IMG/VR virus record: IMGVR_UViG_3300014043_000503
Location: 1-64,000 of that record
DNA length: 64,000 bases
Source of the DNA: a virus
Taxonomy: Duplodnaviria; Caudoviricetes
Strand: one strand, 5' to 3'
A program made the position numbers and the translations under genes. The notes beneath the pieces are model-generated. The model searched no databases. It worked only from the letters and a program-made list of their open reading frames with translations, and was not told the origin of the DNA. Positions 50,043-59,211 of the stretch are shown here, piece by piece. The stretch's first letter is position 1. Each line of letters opens with the position of its first letter.

Positions 50043-50798
50043 ATGAAAGTAGATAAGACAACAGGTAAGATTGAGGGGGCCGTAGAGACCCCGGCCATCG
50101 AGGAGCATGTGACCCAGATACAGGTTCCGACAACGGGCATCATAGCCGCTCTCAGGGCTGTCAGGGAAATCCTCTCAAACATCAGGTGGGAATACGGAAA
50201 CCCCGAAAGTCCACTTATATTCAAGACCGTCCAGCATGATGACGGACAGTTTGAGAGGATTGTGAGGAAGGGCGCGAACCTTGAGGACGGCATCGGTTTC
50301 CCAGCCGTTTTCTACCACATCATTGACGCGCGCTGGCTGAAGGAGACCAACCGCCAGAGCGAGATACGCGCAGACCTCAGGGTAAGGTATGTCCTTAACC
50401 GCCTGAACGTGCATGACAATTTCGACACCGAGACTGAAGGGCACTATGTCATGGAGCGCATCAAGCAGGAAATGGAGCTTCACCGCCTGGAATATGAAGC
50501 GCTCACCAAGCATTGCCTCCTTAATTATTACTATAAGTACGAGAGCTTTGACGATAGCCTGCAGCCATGGGGTATCTCATGGGACTTGTGGGTGGAGGAA
50601 TCTAACGTATGGGTGGAGCGCAACAAGCGTAACGTGCATATCGTATTCCCGCCGTTTGCCAACCATTCAGACCAGACTGATCCTGAGACGATGAATCCCG
50701 AAGGCCATACCTACGAAGACCATCCGAGGGAACTTGACGCTGCATCCGAGTATGTCATGGGCGGTGTCGAGAACACGGATGCGGATGGCGGCGAATAG
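50043..50798 (+). CDS. Putative head-tail/tail completion protein
   Basis: Position in module; FPAVF motif. Confidence 0.5.
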   Translation: MKVDKTTGKIEGAVETPAIEEHVTQIQVPTTGIIAALRAVREILSNIRWEYGNPESPLIFKTVQHDDGQFERIVRKGANLEDGIGFPAVFYHIIDARWLKETNRQSEIRADLRVRYVLNRLNVHDNFDTETEGHYVMERIKQEMELHRLEYEALTKHCLLNYYYKYESFDDSLQPWGISWDLWVEESNVWVERNKRNVHIVFPPFANHSDQTDPETMNPEGHTYEDHPRELDAASEYVMGGVENTDADGGE

Positions 50799-50876
50799 CC
50801 CCGAAAGCCCTTTGCCGTCAAGACCTTGCAGAAATACATGTAAAAATTTTTTACTATTATAGGGAAAAACACCAAA

Positions 50877-52142
50877 ATGGCACAAAAAGAATTTAAGTAC
50901 ATCAAGGGAGCCTATGAACAGGGTATGCCAGCCGACATATGCTTCTACTGTGATGTCGAGAGCTGGAACTGCGAGGATTTCCTCTGGGAGTTCCACTACC
51001 TTGAAAACTACGTCATGCCCTCAATCATCAGGATCCACATCAATTCAGGTGGCGGCAGGGTCGTTGACGGCATGAGCGTGTTTGCAGCCATCCAGAACAG
51101 CAAGTATCCGACACATACCATCAACGACGGCATTGCCGCCTCGATGGGTTCCATCATCTGGGCAGCAGGAAAGGAGATGTTCATGAAGGACTACGCCCTG
51201 CTGATGATCCACAATCCATTCATGGAGATGGGTGCGGCAGACGAGAACTCGAAGGCCGCCATTGAAGCCTTCAAGAACCAAATCAGCATCATCTACCAGA
51301 AGCGTTTCGGGATGTCTGAGGAGGAAGTCAAGGACATCATGGACGGAAAGGAGGGTGTTGACGGTACGTGGATGACCGCCCAGCAAGCCATTGAGAAGGG
51401 TTTCATCGACCAGCTTCACATCATCGAGACCCCTGAGGTTGTCAGGCAGAGGGTTGCCGCAGCCGTTGAGGGCGTGAGGAACGTGAAGGCCATTTCACTC
51501 GTGATGGAATCCGAAAGCGAAATCTGGAACAAATCCGAAAATCATATTGTTGAACCAAAAAAAGAGAAAATGACAGAAAAGGACATCAAGGTTTTTGCCG
51601 CTCAGGTCGGAATGGCTGAGGGTGAAATCACCGAAGAGAAGGTTTCTGCCCGTCTCGCCCAACTCATGAAGGCCGAATCTGAGGCCAAGGCTTCAGCCAA
51701 GGAGCTTCTGGAGGCAAGGGACGAGCTGAAGACCGTGAAGGCCGATTTCGACAAGGTTAGCATCGAGCTTACCGGAGCCAAGAAATCGGTTGAGAATCTG
51801 ACAAACGACCTCAAGTCTGCCAAGGACGAGCTTCAGAAGTATCGCGACGCAGAGGCAGAGGCTTTGAACAAGTCTATCGAGGAAAAGGTCGATGCCGCCA
51901 TTGACGTGTGCAAGATCGGCAAGGAAGACCGTGAGACGTGGATTGAGATGTTCAGGAACAACTTCGAGCTTGCCGAGAAGACCCTTGCCACCATCCCAGC
52001 CCGCGAAGACCTCTCAGGAAAGCTGAACACACCTGAAGCCAAGGACAAGGCCAAGGAAGGCATGAAGACCGAGGAGGAGAAGGTGAAGGAAGTTGTTGAC
52101 AACACCGTCGGCAAGGACTTCAAGTTCCGTAAGTTGAGCTAA
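50877..52142 (+). CDS. ClpP-type head maturation protease with scaffold-like coiled coil
   Basis: HINSGGG, DGIAASMGS, LMIHNP, TWMTAQQAIEKGF. Confidence 0.9.
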   Translation: MAQKEFKYIKGAYEQGMPADICFYCDVESWNCEDFLWEFHYLENYVMPSIIRIHINSGGGRVVDGMSVFAAIQNSKYPTHTINDGIAASMGSIIWAAGKEMFMKDYALLMIHNPFMEMGAADENSKAAIEAFKNQISIIYQKRFGMSEEEVKDIMDGKEGVDGTWMTAQQAIEKGFIDQLHIIETPEVVRQRVAAAVEGVRNVKAISLVMESESEIWNKSENHIVEPKKEKMTEKDIKVFAAQVGMAEGEITEEKVSARLAQLMKAESEAKASAKELLEARDELKTVKADFDKVSIELTGAKKSVENLTNDLKSAKDELQKYRDAEAEALNKSIEEKVDAAIDVCKIGKEDRETWIEMFRNNFELAEKTLATIPAREDLSGKLNTPEAKDKAKEGMKTEEEKVKEVVDNTVGKDFKFRKLS

Positions 52143-52176
52143 AAATCATTCAAAATCAAATTAAATTATTCAAGTA

Positions 52177-53286
52177 ATGGCTACATTCAGTTTTGGCGCC
52201 GGTACGAGCAATTACAATGGTGAGGTTCTTGAGGATCTTCTCACCTATACCGCGCAGGAAAATGAGACCTACAAGGAGGGACTCATTCATATCAAGTCGG
52301 GTATCCAGAAGAAGTACACCCTGCCATCCATCCAGCTTGGAACCATCATCCAGGATCGCAAGGCCACTCCCCTGTCGCCCAATTTCTCGGCTGCAACCCC
52401 CACCGTGGACGCAACACGCATGGGTCTTTCCATTGACAGCCTGGGTACTTACACCTTCGCTGAGCGTTATCTGGAGCCTGAGGACTTCATGATCTACATC
52501 GAGTTCAATCCCCGCGACTTCGAGGACTACTACAAGCCCTTCCAGCCCACTGGCACGCTTGTGTTCCGCGAGCTTGACCCCAAGGTGCAGGCTACCATGC
52601 TCCGTCTGCTGATGGAGCGCAAGAACCAGTACATCAACCATGCCATCTGGTGCGCAGCCAAGAATGCAAGCAAGTACACCGGCACGGCTCCTTCTTCTGG
52701 CAGTGCTGCTGCTGAGATTGGCGCCAACGACGTTGCAGGCCCCATGAAGTATTTCGACGGAGCCATCGCACGCATCCTCCAGAACGCCGTCGCAGCATCC
52801 GACAGCGAGGACGCACGCAGCGGCAAGGTCGTCATCACCGGCTCTACCTTGTTTGCTGACGGTCAGGCTGTCGAGGCAGAGCTCTTCGCCATGCACGAGG
52901 CTACTCCGAAGCAGATCCGCAAGAACCCAGGTCTCGTCTATCTGATGGACTACAAGTCTTGGGATGCCTACTCGAAGTACGTCTCTGCAAAGACCTACAA
53001 GTACACCGACAACACTCAGGAGAACCAGTTCCGTTTCCGTGGCAAGCGCATCATCCCGATGGTTGCACTTCCCGACGATACCATCGTCCTGGGTAACTTC
53101 ACCTCTGGAGTCGATTCTAACCTCTGGATGGGCGTTGACTACGCAGACGCTGAGAACGTCGTGCAGATCGACAAGCTCCAGAACAACTCAGAGCTTTACT
53201 TCTTCAAGGCCCTCTTCAAGATGGACGTGAACATCGTGAAGCCCTCTGAGATCGTCGCCCACGTTCCTTACACCTATGCTCCTTAA
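52177..53286 (+). CDS. Major capsid protein
   Basis: Position after protease, 369 aa, strong codon bias, NYNGEVL start. Confidence 0.75.
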   Translation: MATFSFGAGTSNYNGEVLEDLLTYTAQENETYKEGLIHIKSGIQKKYTLPSIQLGTIIQDRKATPLSPNFSAATPTVDATRMGLSIDSLGTYTFAERYLEPEDFMIYIEFNPRDFEDYYKPFQPTGTLVFRELDPKVQATMLRLLMERKNQYINHAIWCAAKNASKYTGTAPSSGSAAAEIGANDVAGPMKYFDGAIARILQNAVAASDSEDARSGKVVITGSTLFADGQAVEAELFAMHEATPKQIRKNPGLVYLMDYKSWDAYSKYVSAKTYKYTDNTQENQFRFRGKRIIPMVALPDDTIVLGNFTSGVDSNLWMGVDYADAENVVQIDKLQNNSELYFFKALFKMDVNIVKPSEIVAHVPYTYAP

Positions 53287-53330
53287 CCGGGGAGCATAGG
53301 CTTCATTTAAGAACCTAAAGATTGCAAGAT

Positions 53331-53750
53331 ATGGCAAGAAAAGCAAGTACAAAGAAGGATGAGCAGGAGACCAAGGTTGAGAATCCCGAAGTCAATGCTC
53401 CCGAAACCAAAGAAGAAGTGACGGAAGAGACCAAGGCTGAAGAGACCGAGGCCACCGCTCCAGAGACCAAGGTCGAAGAGCCTGAGGCTACAGCCCCCGA
53501 GACCAAAGAGGAGGAAAAGGCACCTGAGGAGACGAAGGGCGAGAAATCCCCCGAAAAGGAGAAAGAGGCTGAGAAGACGGAGGAAGAGCCTGTCATTCCA
53601 AAGAACGTAGATGCAGTTCTGAAGCTGTATCCTAACTATCGGAAGCTGTGGGTTGACGCAAGGGGAATCCGCAAGTTCCCTGAGAAAACCCCCAAGGCAC
53701 TTCTCGATGGTTGCACTCTTTACACCAACCCGTATTTCAACAACCAGTAA
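53331..53750 (+). CDS. Glu/Thr/Lys-rich virion protein with APETK repeats
   Basis: Repeated A(T)APETK(V/E)EE; ends YTNPYF. Confidence 0.6.
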   Translation: MARKASTKKDEQETKVENPEVNAPETKEEVTEETKAEETEATAPETKVEEPEATAPETKEEEKAPEETKGEKSPEKEKEAEKTEEEPVIPKNVDAVLKLYPNYRKLWVDARGIRKFPEKTPKALLDGCTLYTNPYFNNQ

Positions 53751-53765
53751 TAAAAATTCAAGCAA

Positions 53766-55136
53766 ATGCCTACAAACACTAATTTGGGTGGTGTCTTCAT
53801 GAAGGACACTGACGGCAATCTGAACACCGGTACATACCTGAGTTCCGAGAACGTCTGTGGTATCATCTTTGACACCAAGGTCGTTGGAGGTCTCGCAGCA
53901 GCTCTCGGAAGCGGCGATGCTGCCACCAACTTTGCAAATGGCAATGTGGTTGAACTGAACACGATGGACGATATTGCCGCAGCAGGTATCACCTCGTCCG
54001 TCATGTGCGGTCTGCCATTGTTCCATCTGACCCAATTCTTCCAGCTGGCAGGCGACAATCAGCGTTTGTTCGTGAGCTTCATGGACTCCACGTCCGATGC
54101 AAGCTTCACGGCTATTGAGCAGATGCAGCTGGCAGCCAAGGGTCTTATCTATCAGATCGGCGTATGGACAGGTGAGGCTATCGCTACCGCTCCTGAAGGC
54201 AATGGCGACTACAACGTAGTTACCAACGGAGTCCTCTCCAAGCTTCAGGCACAGGCAGAGGTTCTCGGCGGCAGGATCGGCCAGACGAACTTCGAGGGCA
54301 ATGCCCCCGTCAACATCGTCCTCACGGCTCCCATCATCAATGCCGCCACGTGCGACTACAACAAGCTCCCCGACCTGACATCCCTGAATATGCCGAAGGT
54401 GACTATGCTCGTCGGTCAGGCTGCAGGCAAGGAAGTCCACGACATCCAGCTTGCCCTTGCAACGTCCGTCGGCGAGACTACGAGCTATGCACTCGTCGGC
54501 TGCGTCGGTGCAGTCCTCGCTTGCCTGGCCGTTGCTCCAGCTGATGAGAGCATTGCCCACGTTGAGAACTTCAACATGGCTCAGGCAATGACGTCTGCGG
54601 AGCTCGGTTTCGGCAACCTTACCGTTACGAGCGGAGCCTACAATGCCGCTGCATCGTTCACCAACATTGACACCATCGGTTACACCAAGCGCAACACCAA
54701 GCTCCACCAGAAGGGCTATGTCTTCCTGACCACCCTCGACGGCATTGAGAACGGCGTGTTCGCTTCCAGTGACCAGACTCTCTCTACGGGCGACTACCGC
54801 CTTATCTCCCGCTGCCGTGTGATGCACAAGTCTCGCAGGGTTGTCCGTCGCTCCCTCCTCCCCTACGTCAACCAGACCTGGGAAGTTGACTCAGCCACGG
54901 GAACGCTCGGTGAGGATGACATCACCATCATCTCCAACACGGTTTACAGGGCCATTGATAACAACATGGTTCAGCCCGGCACCTCGAATCCGCAGATCAG
55001 CGGCCGAGAGGTTGTCATCGACCCGAATCAGGACATCCTGTCCTCCGATCAGCTGTTGATCACCTACAAGCTGGTTCCGAAGGGTACTACGGCTGCCATC
55101 TATGTTACCGAAGGGTTTAGTTCAAGCATTGGTTAA
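53766..55136 (+). CDS. Tail sheath protein (DUF2586-like)
   Basis: SIAHV..FN, ELGFG, GYVFL, DYRLISRCRVMHK, IDPNQDIL. Confidence 0.75.
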   Translation: MPTNTNLGGVFMKDTDGNLNTGTYLSSENVCGIIFDTKVVGGLAAALGSGDAATNFANGNVVELNTMDDIAAAGITSSVMCGLPLFHLTQFFQLAGDNQRLFVSFMDSTSDASFTAIEQMQLAAKGLIYQIGVWTGEAIATAPEGNGDYNVVTNGVLSKLQAQAEVLGGRIGQTNFEGNAPVNIVLTAPIINAATCDYNKLPDLTSLNMPKVTMLVGQAAGKEVHDIQLALATSVGETTSYALVGCVGAVLACLAVAPADESIAHVENFNMAQAMTSAELGFGNLTVTSGAYNAAASFTNIDTIGYTKRNTKLHQKGYVFLTTLDGIENGVFASSDQTLSTGDYRLISRCRVMHKSRRVVRRSLLPYVNQTWEVDSATGTLGEDDITIISNTVYRAIDNNMVQPGTSNPQISGREVVIDPNQDILSSDQLLITYKLVPKGTTAAIYVTEGFSSSIG

Positions 55137-55155
55137 ACCATAAAAACTACAGATA

Positions 55156-55650
55156 ATGGCAACATACATCAATCACGTCGCATACTCCTGGAGTATGATT
55201 CAGTTGAAGACCACGCTTGCCGGTGATGCCGGTGGTGAAAGCGGTCTGCTCATCGACGCCACTGCTATCAACTGGAACGTTAACCGTCAGGTTGACAACA
55301 TCTACGGTCTGGGAGGTCAGCCCCGTGGCCGTGGCTTTGGAAACGTTGAGTATTCGGCTTCCATCACGCTCCCCTATGCCACTCAGGTTACGCTCCGTGC
55401 GAAATCCGAGAACGGAACCCTGATGGGTCTGGGTGACTTCGATCTCGTCGTGAGCTTCACCAACGATCTCTCCCAGTCGGCCAACACCGAGACGATCACC
55501 CTGTCAGAGTGCTTCTTCACCCAGGGAGGCATGAGCGCACAGCAGAACGATACTTCTCTCACACAGGAGTTTGACTTGCATCCGTACCGCATCTTCAACC
55601 CCAAGGCGCAGTCAACTGCCACTTGGTCGTTCGAAATGTACAGCAAGTAA
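55156..55650 (+). CDS. Tail tube protein
   Basis: IN..AYSWS.I, NIYGLG.QP.GRGFGNVEY; directly after sheath. Confidence 0.75.
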   Translation: MATYINHVAYSWSMIQLKTTLAGDAGGESGLLIDATAINWNVNRQVDNIYGLGGQPRGRGFGNVEYSASITLPYATQVTLRAKSENGTLMGLGDFDLVVSFTNDLSQSANTETITLSECFFTQGGMSAQQNDTSLTQEFDLHPYRIFNPKAQSTATWSFEMYSK

Positions 55651-55668
55651 CAACGGTTTGCTTAGACC

Positions 55669-55703
55669 AAAGAGGATATCTTTCGGGATATCCTCTTTTT
55701 TTT
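55669..55703 (+). terminator. Intrinsic terminator
   Basis: aagaggatatc-tttcgg-gatatcctctt plus T-tract. Confidence 0.85.
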
Positions 55704-55780
55704 CGTGATTTTTTAAGGAAAGTCCTTCACGCATTCTATTATAAAGCGATTTTAAGTCAAACCGTTTAAACATTTATTCT

Positions 55781-56436
55781 ATGGAAGAAACAATGAAAGC
55801 ACAGGAGACCGCAGGTGAGAACGTGGCTCCGGCAGTAGAGAACGCAAACCCTGAGAAGGAAGTTGAAACCGGCTCAATCAGCGGCGACCTGAAGGGGCTT
55901 ACGGACGAAATGCGTCAGGCCATCAGCGCGAAGATCGCTGAAATCAAGAAGGAGAAGAAGCTGAAGCGCGTCTATGCCATCGTCGTGTTCGGTGACGATG
56001 AGGACGAGAAGGATGTCTATGTGGGCTACTTCAGGCGTCCTGACTTCCCGACCTACACCATGTTCTCCATGAAAGCCGCCAACGACCCCATCCAGGCATC
56101 GAGGATGCTTGCCCAGAACTGCTTCGTGGCAGGTGACAAGGAACTGGTGGACGATGATGACCTGTTCTCGTTCGGACTGGCAGCGCACATCACCGCCCTC
56201 ATCGAAGGAAGGGACTCTGAACTGGTAAAAGGTTCGAGCGTTGGCAAGTAAAGGATGACGGGCTTCGCCAGCGCTACATCTTCATAGCGTACTACTTCCC
56301 CCACATAAGGATTGAAGAGCTCGACGATGAGCAGTTTGCCTTCTGGTCTGAGAATGCGCTCTACATGCACAGCCAGGTATTACAGGGAATGCAGGCTCAG
56401 GCTTTAGGAGCGGCTTTCGGGGGAGCGGCTAAATAG
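55781..56436 (+). CDS. Tail assembly chaperone (G 55781-56251; GT to 56436 via -1 frameshift)
   Basis: G GTA AAA at 56224-56230; -1 frame open for 70 codons to TAG at 56434. Confidence 0.7.
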
Positions 56437-56571
56437 GGTTGAGAGTTTTGATAACCGCCAGCCCTTTTTCTAAGGAACTGCAAACCTGTCTTTTGTCAGA
56501 CTGGATTTACTGCATTGGCGTTTCATAGGGTGTCTGTTGACATTGCCCTCACCGCCCAGAACCCCGTTTCC

Positions 56572-57717
56572 TTACGGGGTTTTATTTTTTATCGCAACCA
56601 AAGCTTGAGGGTGCAAGCCAAACTGCAATATGTTCTTAGCTGCATTGACATCCCTGTCATGATGTTCTCCACATACAGGACACGTCCATTCTCTCACTTT
56701 AAGGTTTTTCACTTCTTTATTTTGATGACCACAATTACTGCATATTTGTGAACTTGGATCAAAACGCCCAATAAACACAATGTTTTTCCCACGCCATTCA
56801 GCTTTATAGGTCAACTGTCTTACAAATTCATTCCAGGCAACGTCTGATATGCTTTTTGCAAGATGGTTATTTTTCAGCATTCCGCTAATGTTTAAGTCTT
56901 CCAGACACACAGTGTCATAATTCTTAATAAGGTTCGTTGACAGTTTATGAAGATAATCAACCTTTTGGTTTCTTACCTTTCTATATTGCCTTGCAACTTT
57001 TAACCTTAATATTTCATGACGCTTAGAGTGTTTATCGGTTCTTGCGAATTTTTGCTGAAGCCTTTTTAGTTTCTTTTCTCCACATTTAAAATGTTTTGGA
57101 TTAATATACTTTGTACCATCAGAAAGTATGGCAAAATCCTTGATTCCCAAATCAATACCAATGGCAGTTTCTTCTTGTATCTTGACTTTCGATACAATGG
57201 GATTGTCATCATCAACTGTGATTGAGCACCAATAATCGCCACATCTATCCTTATATACAGTTAACGTTCCTATTTTACAGGCAGATAGGTCAAATTTACG
57301 GTTTTTACACAGTTTAACCCAACCCACCTTTGGAATCTTTACCTTGTAATTGTCAAAATCAAAATGTACATTATTTATAAATTTACAAACACTCTTTGAA
57401 TGTTTCTTTGATTTAAATCTTGGAAAATCCGCTTTTGCTTTGAAAAATCTTGTAAAGGCATTATCGAGATTTCTCAATGACTGCTGCAACACGTTTATAG
57501 AGCATTCATTAAGCCATTTTGTTTCTTCTTGTTGCTTTAGAACCGTAAGTTCTTTAGCAAGCTGGATGTAAGTGAGATTTTTCTTGCTTTCTTTGTAAGC
57601 ATTGATTTTACGATCAAGACCCCAATTATATATGAAACGGGCACACCCGAAGAATTGGGACAACATACGTTGCTGTCTCACAGTCGGTTTAATCTTGTAT
57701 TTATACGCCCTTTCCAT
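56572..57717 (-). CDS. tnpB: TnpB RNA-guided endonuclease (IS200/IS605 family), no tnpA
   Basis: [43 protein letters not shown]. Confidence 0.92.
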   Translation of the reverse strand: MERAYKYKIKPTVRQQRMLSQFFGCARFIYNWGLDRKINAYKESKKNLTYIQLAKELTVLKQQEETKWLNECSINVLQQSLRNLDNAFTRFFKAKADFPRFKSKKHSKSVCKFINNVHFDFDNYKVKIPKVGWVKLCKNRKFDLSACKIGTLTVYKDRCGDYWCSITVDDDNPIVSKVKIQEETAIGIDLGIKDFAILSDGTKYINPKHFKCGEKKLKRLQQKFARTDKHSKRHEILRLKVARQYRKVRNQKVDYLHKLSTNLIKNYDTVCLEDLNISGMLKNNHLAKSISDVAWNEFVRQLTYKAEWRGKNIVFIGRFDPSSQICSNCGHQNKEVKNLKVREWTCPVCGEHHDRDVNAAKNILQFGLHPQALVAIKNKTP

Positions 57718-57860
57718 AATAGAAAACTTAAATTTTTTATTCTAATAGTATCTCAAGCCAACGAATATTTACAATCAATGTATTTTTTAAGTTTTGTTAG
57801 CAAGGTTTGAAAATAAATAAATGGAGACTATCAAATCTATTATATAAAAATTATACCACA

Positions 57861-59186
57861 ATGCCCGGATTAGGAAAGGTAACACTTGGAACCGTCAGCG
57901 ACAATTCATATATCAACATATCGTTTGACGAAAGTATTTGCGGAATGCTGTTTGACTACAGTTCAGACAGCGGTGTTTTTGACGCTCACCAGCTGATAGC
58001 CACCAACTTTGCGGACGGCCAGACTGTCGTTCTGAACGGTCTCGGTGACGCTGAAGGCTACGGTCTGCTGGATGAGAGCTTCATGTACGGCATCCCAGCC
58101 TACCATATCAGGAGGTTCTATGAGTTTGCCGACGATGATGCCGAGCTTTATGTCATGTTCGCCTCCTGCATCGCTGAATCTCAGGTATATACGCCAGACT
58201 TCAGCTGCATCCAGACCATGCAGAGGGCCGCGAAGGGAAAGATATTCAACCTCGGTATCTGGACGGAGCAGAGCGTATGGCAGATGAACGGAGAGGAAAT
58301 AGGCTTCACCCCGCTCATAGGAAACATACAGTCTCAGGCCATGGAGCTGTGCGGAGGCGACGGCATGTTTGCCAACAACGTATCTCCGCTAACCGTCATC
58401 CTCAATGCCAACACGTCTTCCATTTCCGGCTCTGACAGTAGGGAGGTGGATTTCAAGCACCTGCCCTATGCCAATTCGCTCGAATGCAACAAGGTAACGC
58501 TTCAGATAGGCCAGGAATCCTCGGACAAGATACACTCCATGCAGCTCTCAACGGTCTCGTTGACACCCGTGGGGCTGATGGGCGTTGCACTCGGATTCCT
58601 CAACAGGGCGTCGGCTGAGGAAAGCATGGGCTTCGTAAAGAAATACGATATCAACGTAAACGACACCCTCCCAGACGTTGAGCTTGGATTCGGGAACGTC
58701 AGCGTGGGAGGCGACAACTACTACACCCCGCTATCAGACGTCAACAGGTTCCGCCAGAACATCATGTCTGAAAGCGGCTACGTGTTCCCGACCAGCTATA
58801 TCCCAAATGAAGGATCGCTGTACTTCAACAACGACCAGACCCTTTCCGAGAAGGACTTCAAGTACATATCAAGGAACAGGGTCATGAGCAAGGTGAAGCG
58901 CATCATCAGGAGCATCATGCTCCCGATGGTCAACGGCAGCCTCCTCGTGAACCATAAGACCGGCTACCTTGACAATGCCGAGATTACGGTCATCATGAGC
59001 AGGATTATCAGCGCGCTTGACGAATACCTCATCAATCCTGAAGGCCAGCTGCAAGTGGGCGGCAGGTGGGTTGACATCCCATTGGATCAGAAAGTGCTTG
59101 AAACGGATTCTATCAGCATGACCGTCCAGATCGTACCGCTCGACACCTCCGAGGTAATCAAGTTTGAAGACACGTATAGCATTTAA
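57861..59186 (+). CDS. Second tail-sheath-like paralog
   Basis: ICGMLFD, ELGFGN, GYVF, DQTLS..D...ISRNRVM shared with 53766-55136. Confidence 0.7.
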   Translation: MPGLGKVTLGTVSDNSYINISFDESICGMLFDYSSDSGVFDAHQLIATNFADGQTVVLNGLGDAEGYGLLDESFMYGIPAYHIRRFYEFADDDAELYVMFASCIAESQVYTPDFSCIQTMQRAAKGKIFNLGIWTEQSVWQMNGEEIGFTPLIGNIQSQAMELCGGDGMFANNVSPLTVILNANTSSISGSDSREVDFKHLPYANSLECNKVTLQIGQESSDKIHSMQLSTVSLTPVGLMGVALGFLNRASAEESMGFVKKYDINVNDTLPDVELGFGNVSVGGDNYYTPLSDVNRFRQNIMSESGYVFPTSYIPNEGSLYFNNDQTLSEKDFKYISRNRVMSKVKRIIRSIMLPMVNGSLLVNHKTGYLDNAEITVIMSRIISALDEYLINPEGQLQVGGRWVDIPLDQKVLETDSISMTVQIVPLDTSEVIKFEDTYSI

Positions 59187-59211
59187 TCACCAAAAAAAAT
59201 AAGCATATATA

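Noticed and set aside
47050-54827. Long minus-strand ORFs opposite the structural genes
   Set aside because: Antisense shadows caused by codon bias in well-supported plus-strand genes.
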